Shown: positions 47,801 to 58,194, numbered from the stretch's first letter. The stretch: 64,000 bases of DNA from Nitrospinales bacterium (GCA_965262115.1 OZ253496.1:384001-448000); one strand, 5' to 3'. Translations and numbers: made by a program. Notes: generated by a model from the sequence alone, not told the origin.

Positions 47801-48370
47801 TCAAACAAAACCTAAAAGTTCCAGGATTTTTTTGCCAAAAATTTTTCCACCGGAATCCTCCCCAGCAGTCACAATTTGATTTGAAAAAATAAGTGGTTCT
47901 TCAACAGCAACAACCCCCGCATCTTCCAGTTCTCGGATACAACCTTCGTGGGCTGGGGCCGATGCCTCTTGGCGGGTAAGCAATCCAGCCCGAGCCAAAG
48001 AAACGACTGATAGGCCTAAGGCACCCACCACTTTACCAGCCCGAAAATGATCGGTTAAAATTTGCGGAAGAATCGGGTCATTCCATATTGAATTTTTAGC
48101 ACCCTTCCCTCCCACCACCACCACAGCATCGTATTTTTTATTTGGCAAATATCTTTTATCCCAATCCGCTAAAATCCCATCGGGAATCAACCTTGTTTTC
48201 ATTTCCCCGACAGCCTCCTTTCCCGATTTTGAAAGGATAACCGTTTTCAGCGGTATCTCTTCAAAAACAGCTTTTAAGTCTAATAATTGCTGATCACAAA
48301 AACGATTTTGAGGAATAACCAGCAGGATAATTTTGGATTCTGGATGCACCACTTCCGTTCTAATCTCCAT
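47801..48370 (-). CDS. DJ-1/PfpI-family protein lacking the nucleophile Cys
   Basis: YDAVVVVGGKGA, GKVVGALGLS (no ICHG), LARAGLL. Confidence 0.8.
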   Translation of the reverse strand: MEIRTEVVHPESKIILLVIPQNRFCDQQLLDLKAVFEEIPLKTVILSKSGKEAVGEMKTRLIPDGILADWDKRYLPNKKYDAVVVVGGKGAKNSIWNDPILPQILTDHFRAGKVVGALGLSVVSLARAGLLTRQEASAPAHEGCIRELEDAGVVAVEEPLIFSNQIVTAGEDSGGKIFGKKILELLGFV

Positions 48371-48550
48371 CCATACTGCAATAATTAATTAATTTACTTG
48401 GAGTTACGATTCTAGGTCCAATTTGATCATAAAACTTGCACACCAGAGTAGTCATTTAAAAGACAGCACTTGCATCTTTGTTGAGTCTTGACAAGATTTT
48501 TAAACCTATGTTAAAGAACGATTGCTTACCATTCTTGGAAAGGGCGCACG

Positions 48551-48751
48551 ATGTCAAATGGAAAAGTAAAATGGTTCAGCAACCAAAAGGGTTATGGCTT
48601 CATCCAAACCAGTGAAGGAGAAGATGTGTTTGTGCATTTTTCCGCAATTCAATCTGAAGGATTCAAAACTTTGGGCCAAGGACAGGAAGTAGAGTTTGAA
48701 ATCGGAACGGGTCCCAAAGGCCCACAGGCTGAAAATGTTGTCGCCAAGTAA
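48551..48751 (+). CDS. cspA: Cold-shock protein
   Basis: [21 protein letters not shown]. Confidence 0.95.
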   Translation: MSNGKVKWFSNQKGYGFIQTSEGEDVFVHFSAIQSEGFKTLGQGQEVEFEIGTGPKGPQAENVVAK

Positions 48752-48771
48752 ATCGGCAGTTCCTCTATAAC

Positions 48772-48797
48772 CCGGCAGAGTCCTCTGCCGGTTTTTT
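48772..48797 (+). terminator. Intrinsic terminator after csp
   Basis: CCGGCAGA-GTCC-TCTGCCGG then TTTTTT. Confidence 0.8.
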
Positions 48798-48848
48798 CAT
48801 TTTTGTCCTATAATCCAGATACCATTCCCCATTTTCTAAGGAGCCTTT

Positions 48849-49157
48849 ATGCCAATTCTAATGACAGCTCGCTACCAGGTCCGGCCTCATGCTGTTGACC
48901 GTTGTAAAAAAGCGATTCAGCTTTTAGCTGACCATGTTAAGGAAAATGAGGAAGAAACCCTCTTCTATATGGCGCAACAAGAAGTATTAAACCCCTATGC
49001 CTTTTTACACATTATGGTATTCAAGGATGAAGTGGCTTTGACCATGCACCGTTCTTCGAAAGCGGCCGAACATTTTGTCAACGTCCTATATCCTGAAACG
49101 ATAGACCCTCTTGAATTCAAGGAATATAATATGGTTGGCACAAACTTCAATTTTTAA
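48849..49157 (+). CDS. ABM-family (dimeric alpha/beta barrel) protein
   Basis: V.ENE..TL.Y, F.D..A..HR.S pattern. Confidence 0.75.
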   Translation: MPILMTARYQVRPHAVDRCKKAIQLLADHVKENEEETLFYMAQQEVLNPYAFLHIMVFKDEVALTMHRSSKAAEHFVNVLYPETIDPLEFKEYNMVGTNFNF

Positions 49158-49432
49158 ATATCATTAATATCTTTTAGAAGGCCTGCCAATTCTTCAAGGT
49201 TGCCTTCAAGACCGGGAGGAAGATTCATTTCACCCGGTTCCATATCCAAAAAATATTCACGTAGCTGATAATGCCGGTCAACCCGAATCCATCTTTTTCC
49301 GTCACCGGAAAGCTCGTCGGTTCCAAGCAGAACTTTTTTCCTGATGAAGGTGATCAGGTTCTCCGAGGACACATTAGAGACTTTGCTTGTGCCTCGACGA
49401 ATCATTACTACTTTTAGAGGTTTAGCGGACAT
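49154..49432 (-). CDS. Hypothetical protein
   Basis: Last gene of the ileS-lspA run; DELS.DG..W motif. Confidence 0.55.
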   Translation of the reverse strand: MSAKPLKVVMIRRGTSKVSNVSSENLITFIRKKVLLGTDELSGDGKRWIRVDRHYQLREYFLDMEPGEMNLPPGLEGNLEELAGLLKDINDI

Positions 49433-49457
49433 GGACAGAGAATTAAAAAACAGAGGA

Positions 49458-49970
49458 TTAAATAATATTAACCGAGGAGTCAGGGCGTGACTCCCCACGA
49501 AACAAGTCGGCGACCATTAAGGCTACGCCAATGGTTATGCAGGAATCGGCAACATTAAAAGCCGGAAAGTGATGTCCATTAATGAAAAAATCAACAAAAT
49601 CGATCACTTCACCGTGAAGAGTTCTATCGATCAGGTTGCCAATCGCTCCACTAAATATCAAAATCAACCCGGTTTGGACCAATTTTTTTTCTTTGGGTGT
49701 CTGGTGAAATATTACGAGGATCGCTATAATCGCAATAGTAGATATGGCTATGAACATCAGGACTTTGTACTCGAATTGCCGGCTCGCAAACAACCCAAAC
49801 GCCACCCCGGAATTTCGGATATGGGTCAGGTTAAAAAAGTCTTCAACCACCTGTATCGAATAATTGAGCGGAATATGAAGTGAAACCATGAACTTGGTAT
49901 ATTGATCCACTACGATCAAGGCACCGGATACAAAAAATAGCACAAAGTATTTATTTCTCAAACCTCTCAA
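49458..49970 (-). CDS. lspA: Lipoprotein signal peptidase II
   Basis: DQYTK, NSGVAFG, GAIGNLIDR, VIDF, FNVAD. Confidence 0.96.
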   Translation of the reverse strand: MRGLRNKYFVLFFVSGALIVVDQYTKFMVSLHIPLNYSIQVVEDFFNLTHIRNSGVAFGLFASRQFEYKVLMFIAISTIAIIAILVIFHQTPKEKKLVQTGLILIFSGAIGNLIDRTLHGEVIDFVDFFINGHHFPAFNVADSCITIGVALMVADLFRGESRPDSSVNII

Positions 49971-52756
49971 GCTCCTGCGGCCTGAAGGTGATCCTCACAA
50001 CGCAGGCAAATTTCACCATTGGCTTTACCTGCCTGAACATCAGGTGCATAGTAATGCCAGCAACGTTCGCACTTTTTCCCTGGATGCATTTTTGAAAAAA
50101 CTTTTACCCCCGGCATGGAATCACTCTCATAGACATTCTCTTCCGCACTCAGGTTATCGACCAACTCCACTTCGGAAACGATAAAGATATATTTCAATTC
50201 ATCACTTTTAACAAGGCTCTGGTATTTTTCAGGCAACTCCAGTTTAACAATGGAGTCCAGGGAGTGACCAATCACCTTTTCTCGTCGACTCGTTTCCAGG
50301 GCTTTGCTCACTTCTCCTTTCAAACCCACGAGAAACTCCCACTTTCCAACAAAGGCATCATCAAAACCCACGTTCTCGGGTTCCGAAAATTGGGAAAGGT
50401 GAACACTTTCTTCATCCACGCTTTTTCTGGGAAGGTGTGACCAAATCTCCTCAGAGGTGAAGCTTAGAATGGGTGCCATCAATCGCACCATCCCCATCAT
50501 AAGAATATGCAGGGCAGTTTGGCCCGAGCGCCTTCCATGCGACTTAACCGGATAGGTATAGAGCCTGTCTTTGATAATATCCAGATAGAATGCACTCAAT
50601 TCAACAATACAAAAGTTTGAGAACGAATGATAAAACACATGAAATTCATAGTTCTCATAAGCGGTTAATATTTTTTCCCGCAAAACATTAAAGCGATAAA
50701 GAATATACCTATCCAACTCGAACATTTCATCAACAGGCACCCGGTCTTCCTTGTAATCGAAGTCATGAAGATTTCCCAACAGATACCGGAAGGTATTGCG
50801 GATTTTCCTATATGACTCCGTCAAGCGCTTTAAAATCTCATTGGAGATTCGGATGTCTTCGCGGTAATTTTCCGAGGCGACCCAAAGGCGGAGTATTTCC
50901 GCCCCATACTGATCGATGATTTTTTCAGGAGCGATCACGTTGCCAGCAGACTTGGACATTTTCTTACCCTTCCCGTCCACCACATAACCATGTGTCAGCA
51001 CCGCTTTATAAGGTTCTTTGCCTCTTGTCCCGATTGATTCCAACAATGAACTGTGAAACCATCCCCGGTGCTGGTCACTGCCTTCAAGGTAGAGATCGGC
51101 TGGCCAGTGAAGTTCTGAGTCGTTCTCGATAACAGCTACATGGCTGACGCCGGAATCGAACCAGACATCAAGAATATCGTTCTCCTTAGAAAATTCTTTC
51201 CCTCCACATTGACAGACCGTTCCTTGCGGCAGGAGGTCTTCAGCGTCAAACCAGAAGTCCGCCCCGTGCTTTTCCACCCCTTCGGTAATGCGTTCAAACA
51301 ATTCGCTGGAATTTACAAACTCCCCACAGGCATTACAGGTAAACAAAGTGATTGGAACTCCCCAGGCTCTTTGCCGAGAAACACACCAGTCGGGCCGGTT
51401 TTCCACCATGCTGTAAATCCGCTCCCTGCCCCATTGAGGGATCCACTTGGTGCGGTCAATACCTGCCAGGGCATTTTTACGTAAATCTTTTTTGTCCATC
51501 GAAATGAACCACTGGTTTGTTGCCCTGAAAATAATGGGCTGATGGCAGCGCCAGCAATGCGGATAGGAATGTTTAATCTTCACATCGAGAATTAAAAAAC
51601 CATCCTGCCTGAGTTTTTCTATGATCTCCGGATCGGCCTTCCTGACAAACATTCCACCAAAATGTTCCACCTCCGAGACAAACACACCACCATTATTCAC
51701 CGGATTATAAGGCTCCAGTCCATATTTTAGCCCAACGATATAATCGTCCTGCCCATGCCCCGGCGCGGTGTGGACACAGCCTGTGCCCTGCTCAAGAGTA
51801 ACGTGCTCACCGAGAATGACTTTAGACTCTTGATCTATGAAAGGATGATGGCAAACTGAATTTTCCCAGTCCGCACCTTTACAGGATGCTAATATTTTAT
51901 AATCCTTCAGTTCCCATTCCGATACCAGGGTCGATAAGCGGTCTTCCGCCACAATATAAGTATCACCAGCGTGACTAACCGCAACATAAGTAAACTCGGG
52001 ATGCAAGCAGATAGCAAGATTGGCCGGGAGGGTCCAGGGTGTCGTGGTCCAAATAACCATATAGAGGTTTTCTGGACCCACCCCTGCCATACCTTGGGGA
52101 ATTCCCGAATCAACCGGGAACTTGACATAAATCGATGGCGAAGTGTGATCGGCATGTTCAACCTCGGCTTCTGCCAAAGCAGTCTGGCAGGAAGTACACC
52201 AATGAACCGGTTTCAGACCTTTATACACCAATCCGTTTTCGACAAACTTTCCAAACTCCCGCACAATAGTCGCTTCATAGGAGTAGTTCATCGTCAGATA
52301 AGGGTTCTCCCAATCTGCAAACACTCCCAGCCTTTTAAATTCCTCCCTCTGAATCTCGACAAATTCCTGCGCATAAATCCTGCATTGTTTGCGGATTTCT
52401 GACTTTTCCAAACTCTGTTTTTTTTCTTTAAGCTTTTTGCCTACCTGGTGTTCAATGGGCAGGCCGTGGCAATCCCATCCAGGTATAAATCCCGAATCAA
52501 ACCCTTTCATGTTCATGGTTTTGACAATAAAATCCTTCAGGAGTTTGTTTAAAGCATGGCCCATGTGAATATGACCGTTGGCATAAGGCGGCCCATCATG
52601 AAAAACAAATTTGGGTTTGCCTTTGGCCGACTGGCGGATTTTTTTATAAAGTCCTTCCTTTTCCCAATGAGCCAACATTTCCGGCTCACGCTGGGTCAGG
52701 CTGGCCTTCATGGGAAAATCCGTGATGGGCAAATTAAGTGTGTCTTTCATTTCCAT
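49967..52756 (-). CDS. ileS: Isoleucine-tRNA ligase (type 1)
   Basis: HMGH, KMSKS, GWDCHGLPIE, C-terminal CERCW zinc finger. Confidence 0.98.
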   Translation of the reverse strand: MEMKDTLNLPITDFPMKASLTQREPEMLAHWEKEGLYKKIRQSAKGKPKFVFHDGPPYANGHIHMGHALNKLLKDFIVKTMNMKGFDSGFIPGWDCHGLPIEHQVGKKLKEKKQSLEKSEIRKQCRIYAQEFVEIQREEFKRLGVFADWENPYLTMNYSYEATIVREFGKFVENGLVYKGLKPVHWCTSCQTALAEAEVEHADHTSPSIYVKFPVDSGIPQGMAGVGPENLYMVIWTTTPWTLPANLAICLHPEFTYVAVSHAGDTYIVAEDRLSTLVSEWELKDYKILASCKGADWENSVCHHPFIDQESKVILGEHVTLEQGTGCVHTAPGHGQDDYIVGLKYGLEPYNPVNNGGVFVSEVEHFGGMFVRKADPEIIEKLRQDGFLILDVKIKHSYPHCWRCHQPIIFRATNQWFISMDKKDLRKNALAGIDRTKWIPQWGRERIYSMVENRPDWCVSRQRAWGVPITLFTCNACGEFVNSSELFERITEGVEKHGADFWFDAEDLLPQGTVCQCGGKEFSKENDILDVWFDSGVSHVAVIENDSELHWPADLYLEGSDQHRGWFHSSLLESIGTRGKEPYKAVLTHGYVVDGKGKKMSKSAGNVIAPEKIIDQYGAEILRLWVASENYREDIRISNEILKRLTESYRKIRNTFRYLLGNLHDFDYKEDRVPVDEMFELDRYILYRFNVLREKILTAYENYEFHVFYHSFSNFCIVELSAFYLDIIKDRLYTYPVKSHGRRSGQTALHILMMGMVRLMAPILSFTSEEIWSHLPRKSVDEESVHLSQFSEPENVGFDDAFVGKWEFLVGLKGEVSKALETSRREKVIGHSLDSIVKLELPEKYQSLVKSDELKYIFIVSEVELVDNLSAEENVYESDSMPGVKVFSKMHPGKKCERCWHYYAPDVQAGKANGEICLRCEDHLQAAGA

Positions 52757-52770
52757 AAGGACAAAAATTC

Positions 52771-53760
52771 CTACTTCAACTTCATGGCTTGTTTCGCCTG
52801 CTCCAAGGTGGCCTTGGCTACGGCATGGGCCTTGAGTGTACCTTCGCGCAGAATCTCTTTCACTCCATCGGGCCGGGTGAGAATCTCCTGCCTTTTTTCC
52901 ATCATCGGCCTCATGCCTTCAAGCATGGTTTGTGTAAGCATCTTTTTGCAATCTCCACAGCCTATTTTTGCTGTCCTGCAATCGGAGTCTATATCATCCT
53001 GCATCGTTTTGGGAGAATAGATTTTATGAAACGGATACAGGTTGCACACATCGGGATCACCCGGATCCTCGCGCCGGGCGCGGGCGGGATCTGTAAGCAT
53101 GGACTGAACTTTTTTGCTAATCTCCTTTTCGCTATCTGAAAGAAAAATGGCGTTGTTATAAGTTTTGCTCATTTTTCTCCCATCCAGACCGCTCAACTTG
53201 GGAGTATCAGAAATTTTCGCGCCAGGTTCGATGAAGACCTTCTTCTTATAGAGCTTGTTAAATCGACGGACGATTTCCCGGGATAGTTCAAGATGCGGCG
53301 CCTGGTCTATGCCAACGGGCACGTAATCCGCTTTATATAAGACGATATCCGCAGTTTGCAGAACCGGATAGCCCAAAAACCCGTAAGAACTCATATCCAC
53401 ATTTTTAATTTCATCCCGCTTTTCCTTGTAGGTCGGGTTCCTCTCCAACCAGGGCACAGGAACCATCATGGATAGAATCAGGTGGAGTTCGGCGTGTTCG
53501 GGAATTTCCGACTGGACAAACATCGTGCTTTTTTCTGGATCCAACCCAGCGCTCAACCAGTCTACCGCCACTTCAAAAGAATATTCTTTAATACGGTGTG
53601 GGTCTTCATAAAGGGAGCTGAGCGCATGCCAATCCGCTATAAAAAAATAGCATTCAAACTCATCCTGCAGACTCACCCAGTTTTTCAGCGCTCCAAAATA
53701 GTTCCCCAGATGCAGTTTCCCTGAAGGCTGCATTCCGCTTAAAATTCTTTTAGTTTTCAT
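52771..53760 (-). CDS. trpS: Tryptophan-tRNA ligase
   Basis: SGMQPSG.LHLGN, YPVLQTAD, VGIDQ, KMSK. Confidence 0.97.
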   Translation of the reverse strand: MKTKRILSGMQPSGKLHLGNYFGALKNWVSLQDEFECYFFIADWHALSSLYEDPHRIKEYSFEVAVDWLSAGLDPEKSTMFVQSEIPEHAELHLILSMMVPVPWLERNPTYKEKRDEIKNVDMSSYGFLGYPVLQTADIVLYKADYVPVGIDQAPHLELSREIVRRFNKLYKKKVFIEPGAKISDTPKLSGLDGRKMSKTYNNAIFLSDSEKEISKKVQSMLTDPARARREDPGDPDVCNLYPFHKIYSPKTMQDDIDSDCRTAKIGCGDCKKMLTQTMLEGMRPMMEKRQEILTRPDGVKEILREGTLKAHAVAKATLEQAKQAMKLK

Positions 53761-53779
53761 TGAAAATTTTCCATCCAAA

Positions 53780-54433
53780 TCAGGCAAAGCTCGCTCTTAA
53801 CACTTCAATAATCAGAGGGAAAGTTTCCTGACTCAGGAATAAAACCGAGTAATTAATAGGTAACATTAAAACGGTACCGAGAATCCCCGTGTGGGCAAAA
53901 TGATCCAGCAAAAAAATGCCTAAAATCAGAAAAGCCCCGAACCGGTCAAGGTGGGTGAGTTGTTCAGCCACTTTATGAGAAACCATGCCTTTCAGCACAC
54001 TAGACCCATCCAAAGGGTACATCGGCAACATATTGAAGATTGCCAAAGCAACATTGATCCATATGCCATAAGCTAAAACAATAAACAAATAAGAAAACTC
54101 AGGTGATATCAGCCGGATAAAAAAACTACAACCCACCGCCATGGCCACATTGGACAAGGGTCCCGCCATAGCCACATACATCATATCCTTGCGGGGATTT
54201 TCAAAGTTCCGCCAATCCACCGGAACCGGTTTCGCCCAGCCAAATCCAACAAAATAGAAAAAAAGCACCCCAAGAATATCCAGGTGCCGTAGAGGATTGA
54301 ACGATAGCCTGCCAAGGCGCTGAGCGGTGTTATCACCGAGCAATAAGGCCATCCTGCCGTGGGAATATTCGTGCACCGTAAGGGAAAATAAAATGACCGG
54401 TGTCATTAATAACATTAATTGCATTTTATTCAA
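53780..54433 (-). CDS. Site-2 protease (M50 family)
   Basis: HEYSH, AGPLSN, FNMLP.YPLDG. Confidence 0.93.
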   Translation of the reverse strand: MNKMQLMLLMTPVILFSLTVHEYSHGRMALLLGDNTAQRLGRLSFNPLRHLDILGVLFFYFVGFGWAKPVPVDWRNFENPRKDMMYVAMAGPLSNVAMAVGCSFFIRLISPEFSYLFIVLAYGIWINVALAIFNMLPMYPLDGSSVLKGMVSHKVAEQLTHLDRFGAFLILGIFLLDHFAHTGILGTVLMLPINYSVLFLSQETFPLIIEVLRASFA

Positions 54434-54455
54434 GAAAAAAGCCTCTGGAATTCAT

Positions 54456-54575
54456 GGGTTGGCCTGATGGATTCATCAAGGTAAAACGGTAAACGCAAGG
54501 GGGGCCGAGTTGGGGATAGTTCCTGAAACGGCGAAACCTAAACGCAAGTTCATTTTATCCCAAACCCATCAACCC
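54456..54575 (-). ncRNA. Candidate structured leader RNA (unknown family)
   Basis: Long irregular hairpin with G-U pairs on the minus strand and two CUUGCGUUUA copies facing each other. Confidence 0.4.
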
Positions 54576-54625
54576 TGTCATATTTTAATACGCGAAAAGG
54601 AGGGAGAAAACCCGAATCAAAAATA

Positions 54626-55363
54626 TCAGATACTTTTGGTCTTGGCATATTTCAAAAAAGTATAAAACGCAAAAGCCATAGCTAGAAATAACCCTAAAAA
54701 ACCATCCCTAAACCCTTGTCTAATAATATAATTTTTAACAAATGCTGCTGGGGGACGGAGCACCAGATGAGACCAGCTCGCGCAGAATCCTTCGCTCATT
54801 TTCTCACGGGCATAGAGCGTGGAATAACGATTTTGCCGCTCTATATAGTCTTCCATCCCGGAAAATGAATAATGCAGAATCGGGTTTTTCAGGGAACCTG
54901 CATTCTCATCCGGAACCAGTCTTTCGTGCACCTGCGGTTCGGTAAAACTCACCTGCGTTTTGTCATAGAGTCGGCAGATTCGGTCCGGGTACCACCCGCC
55001 ATGGCGAACCCAACGCTGAGCAAAAAAGTTTTTGCGCGGAAATTGATAAACAGGATGCTTTGGCCCGTCCCGCAATACCGCCTTTATTTCTTCAGCGCCT
55101 TCCGGACTGATCTCTTCATCCGAGTCAATATTCAGGACCCAATTATGCCTGGTCCGGTCCGCACATAAATTTTTCTGCTTGCCGTACCCATGCCAGTCCA
55201 CACAAAAAACCTGATCGGTGAACTTCCGGCAAATTTCCACCGTGCGATCCGTACTGTTTGTATCCAGAACAACAATCTCATCGGCCCATTTTACACTCTC
55301 CAGGCTTCTTGCAATATTCTTCTCCTCATTCCGGGTAATGATAGTGACCGATAATTTTTCCAT
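54626..55363 (-). CDS. GT2 glycosyltransferase (WaaE/KdtX-like)
   Basis: ITRNEE, STDRT, IDSDE, VHE. Confidence 0.92.
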   Translation of the reverse strand: MEKLSVTIITRNEEKNIARSLESVKWADEIVVLDTNSTDRTVEICRKFTDQVFCVDWHGYGKQKNLCADRTRHNWVLNIDSDEEISPEGAEEIKAVLRDGPKHPVYQFPRKNFFAQRWVRHGGWYPDRICRLYDKTQVSFTEPQVHERLVPDENAGSLKNPILHYSFSGMEDYIERQNRYSTLYAREKMSEGFCASWSHLVLRPPAAFVKNYIIRQGFRDGFLGLFLAMAFAFYTFLKYAKTKSI

Positions 55364-55678
55364 TAATTATTGCCCAATAAGCTAAATATTTTAAAATGCC
55401 GTCCGATTATAACATCTAAGGAGCCTCACAAAAACCTCCCAAGTAATTAATTTTACTGGATTTCTGGATTTTTATGCTAATATTAGGGCCTGAATATAAC
55501 CATGGTGCGATCCTAAAATTTTCTTGTATCTTATCGAGGCTAAAATGCCAAAATGGAAAGTTTTTGACTCTAGTCAGGCAAACCCAACCCTGAATTTAGA
55601 GGAAGGGGCTCCTTATTTAGCAGATAGAAGTGTCTTGCATCACGTTTCTTTTCTTAAGCCCCAACTCACTAAAATAAA

Positions 55679-57178
55679 ATGATCGAGCAATTTTTGCAAA
55701 CTGCCAAAGAGTTTTTTAAAGAAATCTGGTTCCAACTGGATTCCCAATTCGGTCTGGAAAATACGGAAGCTTTTAAATTCCTCAAACCTTATCTCACTCA
55801 GCTTCAGGACAACCCTCTCTATATGTTAATTTCCCTGGCCGCACTCTTCCTGGTTCCCTATGCACTGATAAAAATCATGAGCATCTCCAAAGAACGCGAG
55901 CGCAAGCTCAATGAGATGATGGAGAAAATGGAGGATGACGAAGATGCCCCTCCTTCCTATATGAAAGTTCTCGATGAAATGAAAGGAAAGGATGTGGATG
56001 AGGACGATTTTGAGTCCGAACAGGAGGAGTTTGAACTGGAATCACCTTCATCTGACAATGAAGAAGCTATCGACCTTGAAGAAAACGCAGAGACTATCAG
56101 TTCACAGTTAACGGAAAATGAATTTGAAAAAGACCGGAATGAGTTCATGTCGGATGATATTGACATGGAAAAAGATGTCGAACTCCACCTCGATGACTTT
56201 GAACACGATCAAGCCATCAAAGAGCTCCAGGAGGACGGCGAATTGATGGAGCTGGATGAACCTATTTCCGACAACGATCCCTTCTCGAACTATTCCGAAC
56301 TCGATGATGATGAGCAAGACCAAGCCATCAAGGATCTTCAGGAAGAAATGGAGCGGACCATCAACAAATTGACCGAGCAAATTGAGGAGCCCGCCGAGCC
56401 CCCAAGCTCAATCAAGGATTTAAGCCAAATTCATATTGGCGGAGATGCCACCATTGATGACGATTACTCCCCTGAAACTGAATCTCCAGACAGTCAAAGC
56501 GAAGCACCTGCCCTTCAGGAAGAATCGCTTTCCATCTCCGAGCTTTCAGACTCTGAAACTCTGGCCTCTTTGGAACCGGAGAATGCTCTTGATCTTGAAT
56601 CAATGCTCGAACCAGAAGCTGAAGCAGAACTTGATTTAGAAACTGAAACAGAACCCGAAACAGAATCCGAAACAGAATCCGAAGCCATTCCCGATACCCG
56701 TGATTATGAACCAGAACCTTCTGGCTTCACCTTTGAAGCGGAGTCTGATATTGCGGAAGAACCGGAATCTGAAATCGCAGATTTAAAGCTTGAAGATGAC
56801 TTCAAACTTGAACCGGAAGTTTCTTCCGAGAATTTTTCTTTTGCGCCAGAATCGATGGCGCTTGAGGAAATCCAGGAACCAGAATCGGATGCCGAACTAC
56901 CGCCATTGACTGATGAATATGCTTCTCCAAGGAATACAGATAGCCTGATAGACCAACTCAAATTTTTGCAGACTCGTTTTGAAAACCGGTGCCAGCCGGT
57001 AGAACGTTCCCCATCACCCATTGAAAAAAATATTCCGGGGAAAAACTATATCTCAAAGAGCTTTATAGAACCCAGACGTTACTCAAGCCCATCAGCAGGT
57101 CTGCCCCCGGGCAGCAAAAAGTGTATGGATTTACTGGAATCGTTTATATTCCTGAAAAACCAGAAAAGGCATAAATAA
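55679..57178 (+). CDS. Membrane-anchored, highly acidic low-complexity protein
   Basis: TM near aa 48-66, about 350 aa E/D/S/P-rich region, duplicated DQAIK.LQE motif. Confidence 0.8.
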   Translation: MIEQFLQTAKEFFKEIWFQLDSQFGLENTEAFKFLKPYLTQLQDNPLYMLISLAALFLVPYALIKIMSISKERERKLNEMMEKMEDDEDAPPSYMKVLDEMKGKDVDEDDFESEQEEFELESPSSDNEEAIDLEENAETISSQLTENEFEKDRNEFMSDDIDMEKDVELHLDDFEHDQAIKELQEDGELMELDEPISDNDPFSNYSELDDDEQDQAIKDLQEEMERTINKLTEQIEEPAEPPSSIKDLSQIHIGGDATIDDDYSPETESPDSQSEAPALQEESLSISELSDSETLASLEPENALDLESMLEPEAEAELDLETETEPETESETESEAIPDTRDYEPEPSGFTFEAESDIAEEPESEIADLKLEDDFKLEPEVSSENFSFAPESMALEEIQEPESDAELPPLTDEYASPRNTDSLIDQLKFLQTRFENRCQPVERSPSPIEKNIPGKNYISKSFIEPRRYSSPSAGLPPGSKKCMDLLESFIFLKNQKRHK

Positions 57179-57216
57179 CCCGAATATGGAGCCCGGCTCA
57201 TTTAAAGCATAACACA

Positions 57217-58194
57217 ATGACAAAGCCAATTAACATAATCGCCGTAGGAGGCGGAAAAGGCGGCATAGGGAAAAGCGTTGTCTGCACCAATCTGGCGGCA
57301 GGAATGGCTTTGAGCGGTCAAAAAGTTATTCTCATGGACACCGATTTTGGCGCGTCCAATCTGCATGCCCTGCTGGGCATCAGCAACCCCGAGCACGGCT
57401 TCCAGGATTTTTTCAATGACGATATTATCGATCCTGAAACGCTACTTCTTGACACCGGCATCAGTAATCTGAAATTTGTCAGCGGGGCAGGAGACAACCC
57501 GGGAAACGCTAACATTGATACCGAGAGTATAGGCACCATAATTTCTTTTATAAAAAACCTGGAGGCAGACACCATCCTCCTTGATTTGGGTCCCGGAACC
57601 AACTACAACGTCATTGATTTTTTTAATATCAGCACCCAGAGCGTGGTCCTGACAACACCGGAAATGACTTCCATCATGAAGACTTTCAGCTTCATCCGGT
57701 CGGCCCTGTTTCGCAAAATATCGCTCACCTTTCAGGTTTATCCGGAAATACAGAAGATGGTGGGTCACTCCAACCCAAGCAACGCCAATATGGAAGCCTG
57801 CACCACCGGACTGTTGCGTTCAAAATTCAAGGAAGAGTTTCCCAACTACTCCGAACAACTCGACACATTAATCAGTGAGTTCAATCCCGGACTCGTGGTA
57901 AACCGCGTGAGAAACCGCAAAGACCTGATGGCCGGAGACAATCTTCTCAAGCTGGTCAAAAAATTTCTGGAGATTGATGTCACTTATCTCGGGTATATCA
58001 TTGAAAGCGACCAGGTGCGGGATTCCATTGATGAAATGATTCCTTTTTTAATCAAGGACCCGCAAAGCAAACCCTCGGAAAACCTCCAACAAATTATCGG
58101 GGCTTTGACCAACACCGACCTGCAGTTTGTGAAAAGAGACGGAAGAATATTTGTCTCAAAACAGGTCCGCCTCTCATCCGGCTGGGAATCCTGA
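57217..58194 (+). CDS. MinD/ParA-family ATPase (FlhG/FleN-like)
   Basis: GGKGGIGKS, D.DFGASN, DLGPG, TTPE. Confidence 0.9.
   Translation: MTKPINIIAVGGGKGGIGKSVVCTNLAAGMALSGQKVILMDTDFGASNLHALLGISNPEHGFQDFFNDDIIDPETLLLDTGISNLKFVSGAGDNPGNANIDTESIGTIISFIKNLEADTILLDLGPGTNYNVIDFFNISTQSVVLTTPEMTSIMKTFSFIRSALFRKISLTFQVYPEIQKMVGHSNPSNANMEACTTGLLRSKFKEEFPNYSEQLDTLISEFNPGLVVNRVRNRKDLMAGDNLLKLVKKFLEIDVTYLGYIIESDQVRDSIDEMIPFLIKDPQSKPSENLQQIIGALTNTDLQFVKRDGRIFVSKQVRLSSGWES

Noticed and set aside
54434..54625. T-box riboswitch ahead of trpS/ileS
   Set aside because: No T-box antiterminator bulge (UGGN-ACC) or adjoining terminator is visible.
55417..55615. c-di-GMP riboswitch (GGCAAACCC) or MITE bounded by TAAGGAGCC/GGCTCCTTA
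   Set aside because: The rest of the GEMM consensus is missing; the 9-bp IR has no TSD and no second copy.
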